Shown: positions 1 to 10,027 of the stretch, in pieces
Layout: every line of letters begins with the position of its first letter
Position numbering within the stretch: position 1 is the first letter of the stretch
NCBI GenBank assembly: GCA_000934665.2
Contig: KZ538467.1
Span: 48,525 to 68,524, forward strand
DNA: 20,000 bases
Reading direction: 5' to 3'
Source: Catajapyx aquilonaris
Taxonomy: Eukaryota
The notes under the pieces: model-generated
What the model was told of the DNA's origin: nothing
The model's database searches: none
The model's input: only the letters and a program-made list of their open reading frames with translations
Translations under genes and position numbers: made by a program

Positions 1-1428
1 AATTAACATCCAGACCCTGAATTTGTCTGCCGAGTTAGGTACAGTATACCGTCACGCTTTGCTTATAATCTATTCACAAGCTACTGTAGGATTCTCAAGC
101 GTTCTGATTTACCCTCAAGCTAACTTGCTCATTATCGCGCAATTAAATTTTTTTTTTCTTCTCTTCACTAGATTTATGCGCAACTGCATCGCAAAGCTGG
201 CGTGTTAGCACAAGTGCACGTAATCCGAATAATGCGGCACCTAGCAATTCCGGGCCCGGCAATATTTTTCGCAAAAATGCTGCATCGACACAACCTTTGC
301 TGTAGGCATTACGAGTACTGTGTAAACATGATGTACAATGTTGTTTTTTATTGTCTCGCAGTTAGTTTTTTTTTTAAATCCCAAGGCTAAACCATAGCTG
401 TCAGTACTAACAGGTGTAGGCTACAGTAAACATGTGTTTATAACAATATCACTGTCCGAAACAATAATTTATTAACTGGGCCTCGGTTGATTTCACAAAT
501 AGTCGCCGGAAAATAACCGCTACATTCCTGTATAACTCGCAATGTTAACATAATAGGACGTAACTGATTTATGGAAGAAAAAAAATTACATACTTCAAAC
601 CCCACCCACATCCTGAGTGAACCCGTTATATCCACGTACAGTACACTGTAGGCGTAATTATTATTGACTGATGTTTCAACTTTTACCAGACACTTTGGAC
701 GCTGGGGATTTTATTAATAACATTATCATAATTTATGTCAGGCCTGTACACAAGCCACCAGTCATTACGTCATGCGCCACTATGATAACCTCCTCAATTA
801 CAAACAAGTGCACGCGTTAATAATAATAACAAGTGCACAAGATCGGCTTCTTATAACGGCTAATACCAAATAGAGTGGAACGATTACAAACCCTCATTAT
901 CTCCTAAAGTCATAAAGGTCGTGTTGGCAAATCCAACTTTTCCTCCTACACTTTCCTTCGAACTCCTCCCGACCAATATTATTGAGGACACTTTCTCATA
1001 ACAATTGTTCAAAATATTTGTAGAAATAAATCAGATTCCAGTTGCGCTAACAAGCCTTTTCAGTAGCCTCACCTTTATTCCCCATGAAACACAAGCCTGG
1101 CATGAGCGCATTATTTCAATACAACCAACCACCCGTTTATGCAGGTACATTTTTCCCCCCACCAGAGCATAAAAACAATGCGTTGCAAACTTTTTATTCC
1201 TGCCTGGACCGGACCGAGGGTTAATTGCAAAAAGAAGACCCCCCGCAAAGTTGTGACAATTCCAAATTGCACATGTTATGAAATGCTGAACACACATTCT
1301 GCCCCACCGGTATACATTCGCCGTACGATGCCACTGAAGCAATTTCAAAAGCCCGCGTTAGATTTGTGGTGTTCATAAGTTTCCGCGAGTTCAGCCTGTA
1401 AAATTTATACCTAATATGGTACACACGG

Positions 1429-1456
1429 TATTATTATTATTATTATTATCATTATC
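1429..1456. repeat. (TAT/TTA)n microsatellite
   Basis: tattattattattattattatcattatc. Confidence 0.9.
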
Positions 1457-3316
1457 TCCATTTTTTTCCTGTCAGTTATCTCACCTGCACTGTACTGATT
1501 GTGTCGCATTGGGCCGGATCAAGAGCTCAGATGTGATTAGCTCCTACCTTTCGCTATACTTATACGCCACGTAAATACCGAAACAATAGAACCCCTCACA
1601 TAATACCAGCATGCTAGGGACGCATCCCGTTCCGGTTGACCCCCGTTTTAGTTGACAACCATGCATCCAATATCGATCATCCAGAAACAACCAACTTATG
1701 CATCATTTGAACAAGTGAGTGCAAAATCCAGGCCTCGGGAGTAGCCAGAAAACACGGCCGAACCTTGAACCCTCACAGCAGAAACAATCAGGGCAGGGAG
1801 TAGAGGGAGGGGGGAGGGGGGGGGGGGATGGAGCCCACTCCAGCGTGAAACGCAATACACAAAGTGACACCTGCATTGTAGACTCTCCTTTTTTGCTGCT
1901 GGTTCGTTGGACCCCAAATGCGTGTTTACCTCACCCAAACTGATTCATCAATCATCGCATTACGTTGCTTCCGAATCAGCTCGACGATGGCGCCACCGCA
2001 ACTCCCCCCCTCCAACGGTCGTCCAGCCGCCATATTTGCGCCTCCAGGAGAACATTCGCTCCCCAATAACGCGTCTACAAATTTTCCTGCCAATACCGGC
2101 CCTGAGTAATGGCCAAAACTCCGCTTCTTCAGGACCAATCCTTCCCAAAGATGAACCCTCATTACGCCTCGCGCCTTAGCCGCCAAATGATCGCGTTTTA
2201 CGCCGCTTTTCCCCCTGCCGTTCCATGTCAACAGACTCGGCTAAAGGGCGATAAAGTGTCGGCCTGGTAGCGATTTGGCCCATCCCCGTCCGATTATGAT
2301 AGGCGGTGAAAGCACGCACGGGCTAGTGTGTGTGCGCCAGAGGTGTACATGTGTGTGGCGTTTTGACTGGCAGGTACCTCTCATCCATTATCGGTGTACC
2401 AAGGCTGCTCATTTAGCACAATTTTGTGCCTCTGCACACTGCTACGTACGTGTGTACTCTCAAGTGTACCGGACGTCCACATCTGGCAATACCGCTTCTG
2501 TGTATACCGGTATCGGATTGTTACGAGTGATGAGAGTCCTATTCACTCATGCGTGCTTGCTGTCACGCTGAGGAGAATGGGGTTGGCTGGCAAAAACGCC
2601 CGTATCCTTTCTTTCGTTTGTCTTTTTTGCTCACCCGGTACAGGCTACACGGTGAGTCAGTCATCGTGACGAGTGTTGCATACGAAACCTGGCAGTCGTG
2701 TTAATTATTTCGGTCGTGCAGTCATTTTAACAGCTCGAATTCGGTTGTTGACAGGCCTTTATGAATTATCCTCGTCAATGTCAGTGCGGTGTACTGTGAG
2801 AATATGTAGTGGACTCTGGTCTCATCGCATCGGACCTGACTATTTCCACCTTAAGGCACCATTACCGTCAGTAGTACAACCCGGACCAAGGAGGTAACCA
2901 CTCGACTGAAAAGTGTACACTGGAGTACCAAATTCAAGGAGTACCTGGGAGTACCCCTGGCAGGTGTACACCGGAGTACCGAACCCCGACCCAGACCTTA
3001 CCGTCATTTAAAAATTGCCTCCACTGTTGTGTACATTGAACTAGCATTTTAATGCTCAGTGTAACGTGAGGCTACCGCAACTGAGGAGATAACGGCGGTA
3101 TGTCGCGTCCAGTTTCACAATAGCAGACAGGAATGCGACAGTCCTTGAACTTGGCACACTCTTTCGACGAACCTGCTCTTATTTCAATTAAATTCCGCTC
3201 ATATTTGAAAACCGACACCTTCCATCCAGACATGTCTGGCCACGAGCTGATAAATTATTTTTTTAACGCCGCTCTTTAATACGCTGTTCCGACTCGGGAG
3301 ACGGGACTGTGCGCTT

Positions 3317-3330
3317 CTGCCACCTAGTGC
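3317..3330 (-). promoter_or_regulatory. Candidate CTCF-type insulator motif
   Basis: Minus strand reads GCACTAGGTGGCAG, close to the CTCF core CCASYAGRKGGCRS. Motif match only. Confidence 0.3.
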
Positions 3331-3780
3331 GCCTGCGCGTGCTGGGCTCTGGCTAACACGACTTGGGTGTGGCCCAGGCTAAACCGGTTATCGGCAGCCG
3401 ATAGGGCGGAAACTAGATTGAGCTCCACGCCTTCAGCCAACAATGCTTCAGGACGCTCATGCGCGCTCAGGCTCAACGGACACACTTTTTTTTTTATCTG
3501 TTTCGTTCGCCGTTTGACGTTCGCCGTTTCAGGGCGCGAACCTAATTACCTTCTCGGCCCAGTCTCGAGCGCATTTGCCCATCAAAACGTGAGACTAAAT
3601 GGAGTTTACACCCTATCGGATCCAGCAAACCGGTTCTGGATAAAGCGTAACGTCAGACGTATGGGGGGGCGCAAAAAACGCAGGCGTCAAGACACATGTT
3701 ACGCTAATTGCGCTGGATGACAGCGCAGCGTGAGGATACAATACATTTTTTAAAAAAAATCGGTAATGAATGGCATAACC

Positions 3781-4100
3781 TACATCGGACCCTGGGTATA
3801 ACGGAAACTTGTATATTACGGAAAATATATTTTGTCCTGTAATGCGGAAATGTGGGTCTTTGAGGAAGGCAAAACCTGTGTATAGCGGAATATACGGCAT
3901 TCACAACTTTGGGCGAATCGGGTTCGGGAGGATGAGCGTGACGGGCGTGCGGGAGTGAAAAATCGCTCTCGCGGGCCGGACAAATTCGGTGTTCGCAAAG
4001 CATACAGACTTGGGGGAACCAATTCGGAGACATGTTAATTATTTTAACCTAGTTTAGTTCAATCCGTCATAGCGGAAACTTGTCTATTACGGAAAATGAG
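3781..4100. mobile_element. Degenerate non-autonomous DNA transposon fragment (pogo/Tigger-like MITE)
   Basis: A 30-nt direct repeat, TATAACGGAAACTTGTATATTACGGAAAAT (3797-3826) versus CATAGCGGAAACTTGTCTATTACGGAAAAT (4068-4097), with a partial copy at 3881. It starts with a TA-CA..CGGACCCTG end. No right TIR was found. Confidence 0.4.
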
Positions 4101-4898
4101 GATTTTGCGATGTATCACGGTAATTTTTCGCCGACGTTATAATATTAAAAAGCAAAACACAGTTTTTTAAAAAATATATGTTATCTAGTAGTCATCCGGG
4201 CTTGAAATTTGCAAATTTCCTCATTTAAAAATGGCCACAAAAGGTGCCAGTTATAATTTGAATTTTCATGACAGCCGTACATCATGGACAATTTTTGCCA
4301 CACCGTGTTTAATACAATTAAAATAAGCATTTCTCTGACGCGTCGTCACGCAGTGTAACCATCAATTAAAAATTATTTTAGCTAACCACACACGGGTACA
4401 AAATATCGGCCATTGTCACAATTAAAATTTTAAAAAATTCCGGCATAATTTTAACGCCTTGCGGTAGTTTAAAATGCCAAAACAGCAAATTTCAACAGAA
4501 TTTCACTACTTGGTGCGAACATTTAAAAAGTTTCACTTTTTCACCGAATATTACTTACGCTCGTACACCGCACTTTTCCACTACCAGTTTCACTATTCCG
4601 CTCATAAAAACTTTGCATTCAACACCTTCCCTATCATTTTTTTGAGCCATACATGACTCAGTAACGCCACTTAGAAAGTACCATTAATAAATCAGACCAG
4701 CTCGTTACCGGAACCCGCACGTTTCATCCGCTTCTTTCAAAAAAAAAAAAAAAAAAACCCTCCCCCCAACACAAAAGAACACATTGTACACTATTTTTGT
4801 TGTTGTTGTTTTTAATTTTCGCAATCCCACACACCCTATAACTTTCAATTTCCACCACAAGGACATTTTTTTTTTTTCAAACCGGAAAAAAAACTCAC

Positions 4899-4937
4899 CT
4901 ACTACGGATACTAATTCAGGGTCAAAAAGTGTTTGAC
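4899..4937 (-). CDS. Candidate 39-nt symmetric (phase 1-1) micro-exon, (G)QTLFDPELVSVV, of the small-exon gene
   Basis: Acceptor ggcttgtag| and strong donor TAG|GTGAGT. It is open in the phase left by exon 5335-5398. Confidence 0.5.
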
Positions 4938-5050
4938 CTACAAGCCCACATTGATTCAAGTTGAAGGCGCGCGCGCGGTATGTTACTTTCACTCAAAAAT
5001 TTCACTCCCCAAGTTCAACCAGCCTTCACATACACACACATATTACGCAC

Positions 5051-5121
5051 CTGTGGACGGTATGGCTGCGACTGGACGGAGGCTCCGTCAATGTCCATGG
5101 CTGCCTCCCATTTCAGCAAGC
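5051..5121 (-). CDS. Possible alternative exon, (G)LLKWEAAMDIDGASVQSQPYRPQ
   Basis: Good donor CAG|GTGCGT and open in phase 1 from the gtag| acceptor. The polypyrimidine tract is poor, and joining it to 4899-4937 gives a stop (VKHFLTLN*). Confidence 0.3.
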
Positions 5122-5334
5122 CTACCTACACTCCAGGCCTTTTTCACCCGCCCACCCACCCACACACTTACACACACATAACTGCGCACGCGTCCATCAC
5201 ACCCTATACATTGTCGCAAATGTTTTTAAATTGCTTCAAAAAAAAAAATGGTATGAGTCACTCTATGAATGACATGGATGCTGTTTTTTTTTGTATTGGT
5301 AATCTTATCTTTTGTTTGTAAACAGTGTACTCAC

Positions 5335-5398
5335 CTGCTTGCGGGTCGTCGATGTGCTCGTCGTCGGATTCCGTGCCCGAATCGTGGTCGTCGTCCGC
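5335..5398 (-). CDS. Coding exon 2 of an uncharacterised small-exon gene (ADDDHDSGTESDDEHIDDPQA)
   Basis: Acceptor ccttccgtag| and consensus donor CAG|GTGAGT. The 64 nt are open and in frame with the phase-0 end of exon 5839-5907, with GC3-rich codons. Confidence 0.8.
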
Positions 5399-5838
5399 CT
5401 ACGGAAGGTGGTCACAGGTCAGGTCAATCGGGAGGACGGATGTCAATGAGGGGGGGGGGGGGGNCAATGCACATTCACCCACAAGCATTCGGAAAATAGG
5501 GGGAAAAAAGGGGGGTTTATACACAACACCCAGCCATACCGGTACAATGTGTCATGTGCGTGGGGGTCATGCGGAAACAACAAATTTTTTGACCGCCGTA
5601 CCGAAGCGTGCACCACCTATAGTCCCCTTCACAACAAAGAAAACACCGGGAGGCACAGGAATGGACACAAAAAAAAAGGAAGAAGCAAGAGACGTGGCAG
5701 CCATCTTAGCGAAGGTTTAGTCATGACCTTCATGGTAGGGGCACAAAAAGAGTCCCAAAAAACATATTAGGACCGGGAAAATATGTACCGGATATTTTTA
5801 AGGTAGGGTACAGGACAGGTACACGAAGAAAACCCTAC

Positions 5839-5907
5839 CTTGTAGAAGTGAGGCTGTTCCTCATTCAGTGATTGTGTCCTTAGTTTGTGAGTCAGATACC
5901 TGAGCAT
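5839..5907 (-). CDS. First coding exon of an uncharacterised small-exon gene (MLRYLTHKLRTQSLNEEQPHFYK)
   Basis: Acceptor cctaacag| at 5910, ATG at 5907-5905, 23 open codons and donor AAG|GTAGGG (phase 0) compatible with the next exon. Confidence 0.75.
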
Positions 5908-6286
5908 TACTGTTAGGCGAAGGGTATGGGGTTAAGGGGTACGGGTACCAAAAAACCAAAAAAAGCTTGTTACTTACGGGCAGTCACACGTCAAAAAACA
6001 CAATGGACGGGGGTAGAAGCAGTGTGTGGGTGTGAGTGCGTGTGACCACTTTTTCAAAATTTCCCCCACTATTTTATCCGACGCACATAAAAACAGAACA
6101 AGTCGGGTACGAACATACACACTTTGTCCTCCGTATAAATTTTTTTTTTTAAAAGGGGGGTTAACGGGGGGTTCAAACGCACATGAAAAACTGAAAAACC
6201 ACGTGCTGTTCAATAGGTTCGGTGTAGGTACTCGGATCAGGTCAGGGGTCAGTGGGGGGGGATCTTTCGGGGCACCAACCCCCTAC

Positions 6287-6353
6287 CGCACCTCCTCTCA
6301 CGTTCCTTCAACGCATTCTACTCCGTCCGGCAGCTCGACATGACACTACTATA
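6287..6353 (-). other. Putative 5'UTR exon with two short uORFs
   Basis: Acceptor ttttggctcgtag| and donor GCG|GTAGGG. Contains ATG TCG AGC TGC CGG ACG GAG TAG and ATG CGT TGA. Confidence 0.4.
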
Positions 6354-6446
6354 CTACGAGCCAAAACGGGGGGAGTAAAGGGACGGGGGAGGAGTACGCC
6401 AGTCAGCTGAAAACGGGTGGGCGAGTCCACTTTCACCGTTACTCAC

Positions 6447-6536
6447 ACTGGGTAGTTGGGTAGGTATCAAGCCGGTTCAGTACCGGATGTAACCACACAC
6501 TGTACTACCCTAGACACACACCGGATGTTAAACTAA
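6447..6536 (-). promoter_or_regulatory. Putative core promoter (arthropod Initiator-like TTAGTT, TSS about 6534) and first non-coding exon
   Basis: Minus strand caTTAGTTt at 6536-6531, followed about 90 nt later by donor CAGT|GTGAGT at 6447/6446. It lies in a CpG-rich zone directly upstream of the exon chain. Confidence 0.4.
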
Positions 6537-7247
6537 TGTATGCTTCACACTTTTAATATGGATTAGCCCCGGGGCTGCCCCTAGTTTGGGCACGAGTTGA
6601 GGTGCCGGTAAGATAGGGACTCCCCCGCGGCCCATTGATCCGGGTGGACTCGCCCACAGACGTGAGTACAATCGGGCGATCCTGGCGATCCGATTGGTCC
6701 GTGCTGAGGGGAGATCTGGGGGGTGGTGGGGGATGGAGGAATGGGGGGGAGGGATTCGCAGCGCCGCCGATCGGGACTGAATGGAAACCTCACGGAATGG
6801 AGTAAATGGTAGTAAAGTAGGGGGGGGGGGGGGGGGGNNNNNNNNNNNNNNGGGACGGGTGGAAGGGGGAGGGTTAATGGAATCAGGGAATGGACCGGAC
6901 CGATGTGGGAATCCCTTTTTTTTTTTAAGTATGTTGGGGGGTGGATATGCTGAGAAAGGACGGATAGTGGTACGGGTATTGTTGGGTGGGTGTACGGGTA
7001 GGGGGTGTTAATATGTTGCAATAATGATGGGCAATACCCGGAAATTTCGGAATGTTGCGGAGGTCGTACAATGTGTACAAGATGTAGCAGTTTGCTCGTG
7101 GTAGTTCGGGCTGACACCGTGGGCGGCGGCACGTATTGGTTACTCAAGTGGCGACACCTTTTGAACGAAAAGTTAGACAGCGGGAAGCGTGAAATACGAA
7201 GTATGATGATTGAAATGTCATTTTTGAGTGTGCTGGTAAAGAGTGAC

Positions 7248-7846
7248 GGGGAGGTGTAGATGGCCGAGATGGTAACGTCTCGGGTTGCTGAGTGAAAGGC
7301 CCCAGGTTCGATCCCCGCCTGGGGAACTTTCCTTCCACCTGCGTCAGGAGGGTCTCTGACCCAGGATCCCCTACATGGTTGCCTCCCCCACCCTAACCAG
7401 GGTATTGTCTCCACGTATCCTTATGTGGCGTCCATATTGGATCTAGATTGCATGCTGGAGGATAGGAAATTGGCAAGCGTCCAATTTTTTTTTTTTCAAG
7501 GACATTTTTTCACTGCATGCAGATCCAATCTGATTTAGGTCCAATATGTCGGAGAGACAATACCCTCTCTAGGTGGGGGAGGCACTCATGGAGGTTACCC
7601 TGCTCTGACCTGCACCAAGGAGGTGTCTGGCAACCTAACCTCCTGGGGAACAGCACATGACCCCTTTACCGACATTGCACTTGCACCAATGTTCCCTCCC
7701 CAAAAATCCCTATCCCTACCCTACATCCTTGACTCCTTGCACCGGTGAATGAAGTTAATACAGGAAAATGGAGTGAAATGGTGGTATTCCACACACCCCC
7801 CCCCCCCCAAAAAGGCTTAGCGTTTTAACGGGAAAACGGAAAAAAA
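7248..7846 (+). mobile_element. tRNA-derived SINE (family A) with a long internal inverted repeat
   Basis: A box TGGCCGAGATGG (7261-7272) and B box GGTTCGATCCC (7305-7315). The 3' part is similar to the SINE at 10028-10461. It has an A-rich end and a weak possible TSD AGTGAC (7242-7247 / 7847-7852). The 3' boundary is approximate. Confidence 0.75.
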
Positions 7847-7851
7847 AGTGA

Positions 7852-7912
7852 CAGTGGCGNNNNNNNNNNNNNNNCCCCCCCCCCCCCAAAAAAAATCATG
7901 GATCCGCCACTT
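7852..7912. mobile_element. Short CAGTGGCG...GGATCCGCCACT MITE (hAT-like), interrupted by an assembly gap
   Basis: Inverted termini of the same type as the 8034-8292 element, with an N-run inside. Confidence 0.5.
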
Positions 7913-8033
7913 AGAATTATTTATATGTACCATCTTGGTATCGGATATAGCCTACGACACTTGCATCGCCTGAAGAGCTTTTTTTGTGGATCCAAAAGAC
8001 ACCATAATTATTTATTATCATTGCTTGTATAAC

Positions 8034-8292
8034 CAGGGGCGGAGGATCCAGAGATGAATTTTGGGGGAGGAACTATTCTAATAGCGGGGAGGAAGCCCGC
8101 CGCAGGAGCAACATTTTTGGGAGGTTCAAGGTCACACGAGCTTAGGTGAATGTGGGAGGTGAGAGTTTAGTTCGAAAAAATCGCGATTCGAATGAAATCT
8201 GAGGTGATTGTTATAATTTTAAAGAGTCTCAGGCTGATTGGGGGGGGNGGGGGGGAGGAATGTCCTCTATCCCCCCCGTAGATCCGCCCCTG
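8034..8292. mobile_element. MITE with CAGGGGCGGA termini (hAT-like), 7-bp TSD
   Basis: TIR CAGGGGCGGA...TCCGCCCCTG, flanked by direct repeat GTATAAC at 8027-8033 and 8293-8299. Confidence 0.85.
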
Positions 8293-8367
8293 GTATAACG
8301 TGCTTCTAGTTAGGATGATGATTTTATAAGCGTTGTTGTAATTATACGGCGGCAATTAGGCTCGTTT

Positions 8368-8642
8368 TTTTAAATTATTTGCCCCGTGATGGGGCGGACC
8401 CTTTTAGGGGAGAAGGGGAGGTTCCAGAGGGAGGGCGCTGTAATTATAGTCATTTCTGACTTTCTGAAATACACCAGACCTTTTCTCCTGGCCCTGGGCA
8501 GAGTATGGAGTGCAATTCTGCCCCGGAATGTCGGGTGAAAAGCGGAAAAAGACCCGGCCACGCAGAGGTGATGGGGACGGGATTTGAACCCCTGCCTCCC
8601 GCTTGGCTGCCCAGTGGCTTAACCACCAGACCACCATGCCAT
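8368..8642 (-). mobile_element. tRNA(Gly-GCC-like)-derived SINE, family B, copy 1
   Basis: Head GGCATGGTGGTCTGGTGG...GCC...GGTTCAAATCC. Collinear with 17588-17907 over most of its length. Imperfect TSD TTAGGCTC(T)GTTT at 8356-8367 / 8643-8655. Confidence 0.85.
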
Positions 8643-8954
8643 TTAGGCTCTGTTTGTTCAATCTTACAACCGTAACTCCCACAAAACAAAATCAACACAA
8701 AAAACAAAAAAACTCGAAAATTATATGCACGATCTTGGTCGAACTCAAATTTTGTGTAAAATAAATCAAAACTACTGCTACCAAAAAGGGCGGGGTATAA
8801 ATTGGTTACTTTCCAATTACAGTGTGACGTCTTGACTCGACATTTGCGCGAAATATGTATGGACGAAATTTTAATTTTAGCTAATTGTTTTGCCTCTTTA
8901 GTAGCCTTGTTTGTGTACTTTCTCATTATAATCCACATTCCACAACAAAGAGTC

Positions 8955-9052
8955 TATACGAGAGTCGTAAAATATACGAGAGTATAATATATACGTAACT
9001 ATAATATACGTATAAGAGTATAATATACGTAAATATACGAGAGTCGTAAAAT
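8955..9052. repeat. Degenerate minisatellite based on TATACG(AGAGT)
   Basis: TATACGAGAGTCGTAAAAT occurs exactly at 8955-8973 and 9034-9052, with several partial units in between. Confidence 0.8.
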
Positions 9053-10027
9053 GCCATAAAATAGCATTTTGTACATGCAAGTTTTTATTCAAATATCAAG
9101 TAAAGTAAAGTAATTAAGCGCCATAATTAAAAATCCAGTAGTACATGTATCAATTTTTGAAAAATATAATAAACTTAACAATCTTGGACTGCATGTTGAA
9201 AGGAAGGGTTAAGATTTGAATATTTTGAATTTGGCAGTGTATGAGAAAAAAAGTCAAAGGGATTAGGCAAAATAACAAAAAATCTACAGATGCGAATTTG
9301 GCATTGATATTAGTACTTTGTGACTTTTATCTGCATCAACATTGACAAGTGTCCACTGTCCAAAAAAATAGTTTCGAGATAATCAAAGGCAAACCTTGCG
9401 GCTTGCACTTGTTTTATACATTATGCTAGTGAAGACAGACAATTAATTCCTGCATCGTGGTTCCTTATGATTCTTGAGAACTAAATAGATTTCACCAGGG
9501 TTAAGAAAAGAAAAAAATGCTACTTGATGATATAAATAACTCAAACCCGCCAAAATGGGACTTATGGGCTTTCACTTGTAGTATATCCCCACCTGATGCC
9601 CACGATATACGTACAGTATAAGTGACAGGTCAAAAGTCAGCAAAACACACTATAATCTGAATTATGAATTTCTTTGAGTCTGAAATAAAAGCTCTCCATG
9701 CATAGGGGTCGTGCAAATACCACTTGACACTTGGGGGGGGGGGGGGGGGNGGAAAAAACTCATGGGTGTGTACGCACATAATTTTTATATCAAATTCCAG
9801 GGCTCGAATCTTGAATTTTTTGTCCAGGGCCAAAGTTTGCCCTCCAAACTTTCATCTGGAGTGCAAATTGTTTTCTTGGAGTGCTTAATTGTTAATTATT
9901 GGGTTTTTAGCCATGTTAAAAAAACAGTAGGCTACCAATGGAGTGCAAACTACATTATTCCAAGGTTCACTTTGCAGTACAAATAATAATTTTGGAGTGT
10001 AAATTGCACCTTTGCATCCGAATATTT

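Noticed and set aside
2375..2570. Exon-like segment on the minus strand with acceptor ttctcctcag
   Set aside because: Stops occur in all three frames soon after the acceptor and the donor is weak. At most it is a non-coding exon.
6820..6855. Long G-runs as G-quadruplex regulatory elements
   Set aside because: They coincide with N-gaps and unresolved homopolymers, so their length and sequence are unreliable.
7250..7326. Functional tRNA gene (also the heads at about 8570-8640, 10385-10460 and 17830-17900)
   Set aside because: A/B boxes are present, but acceptor and anticodon stems do not pair properly, and each head continues into a SINE body with a tail and/or TSD.
6581..7414. Longest ORF in the track (277 aa, minus strand)
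   Set aside because: It runs antisense through a SINE head, homopolymers and an N-gap, and translates to low-complexity P/H/S-rich sequence with no domain.
9174..9505. Second piggyBac-like element (GGGTTAA at about 9206-9212 and 9498-9504)
   Set aside because: No matching inverted CCC terminus or TIR could be paired.
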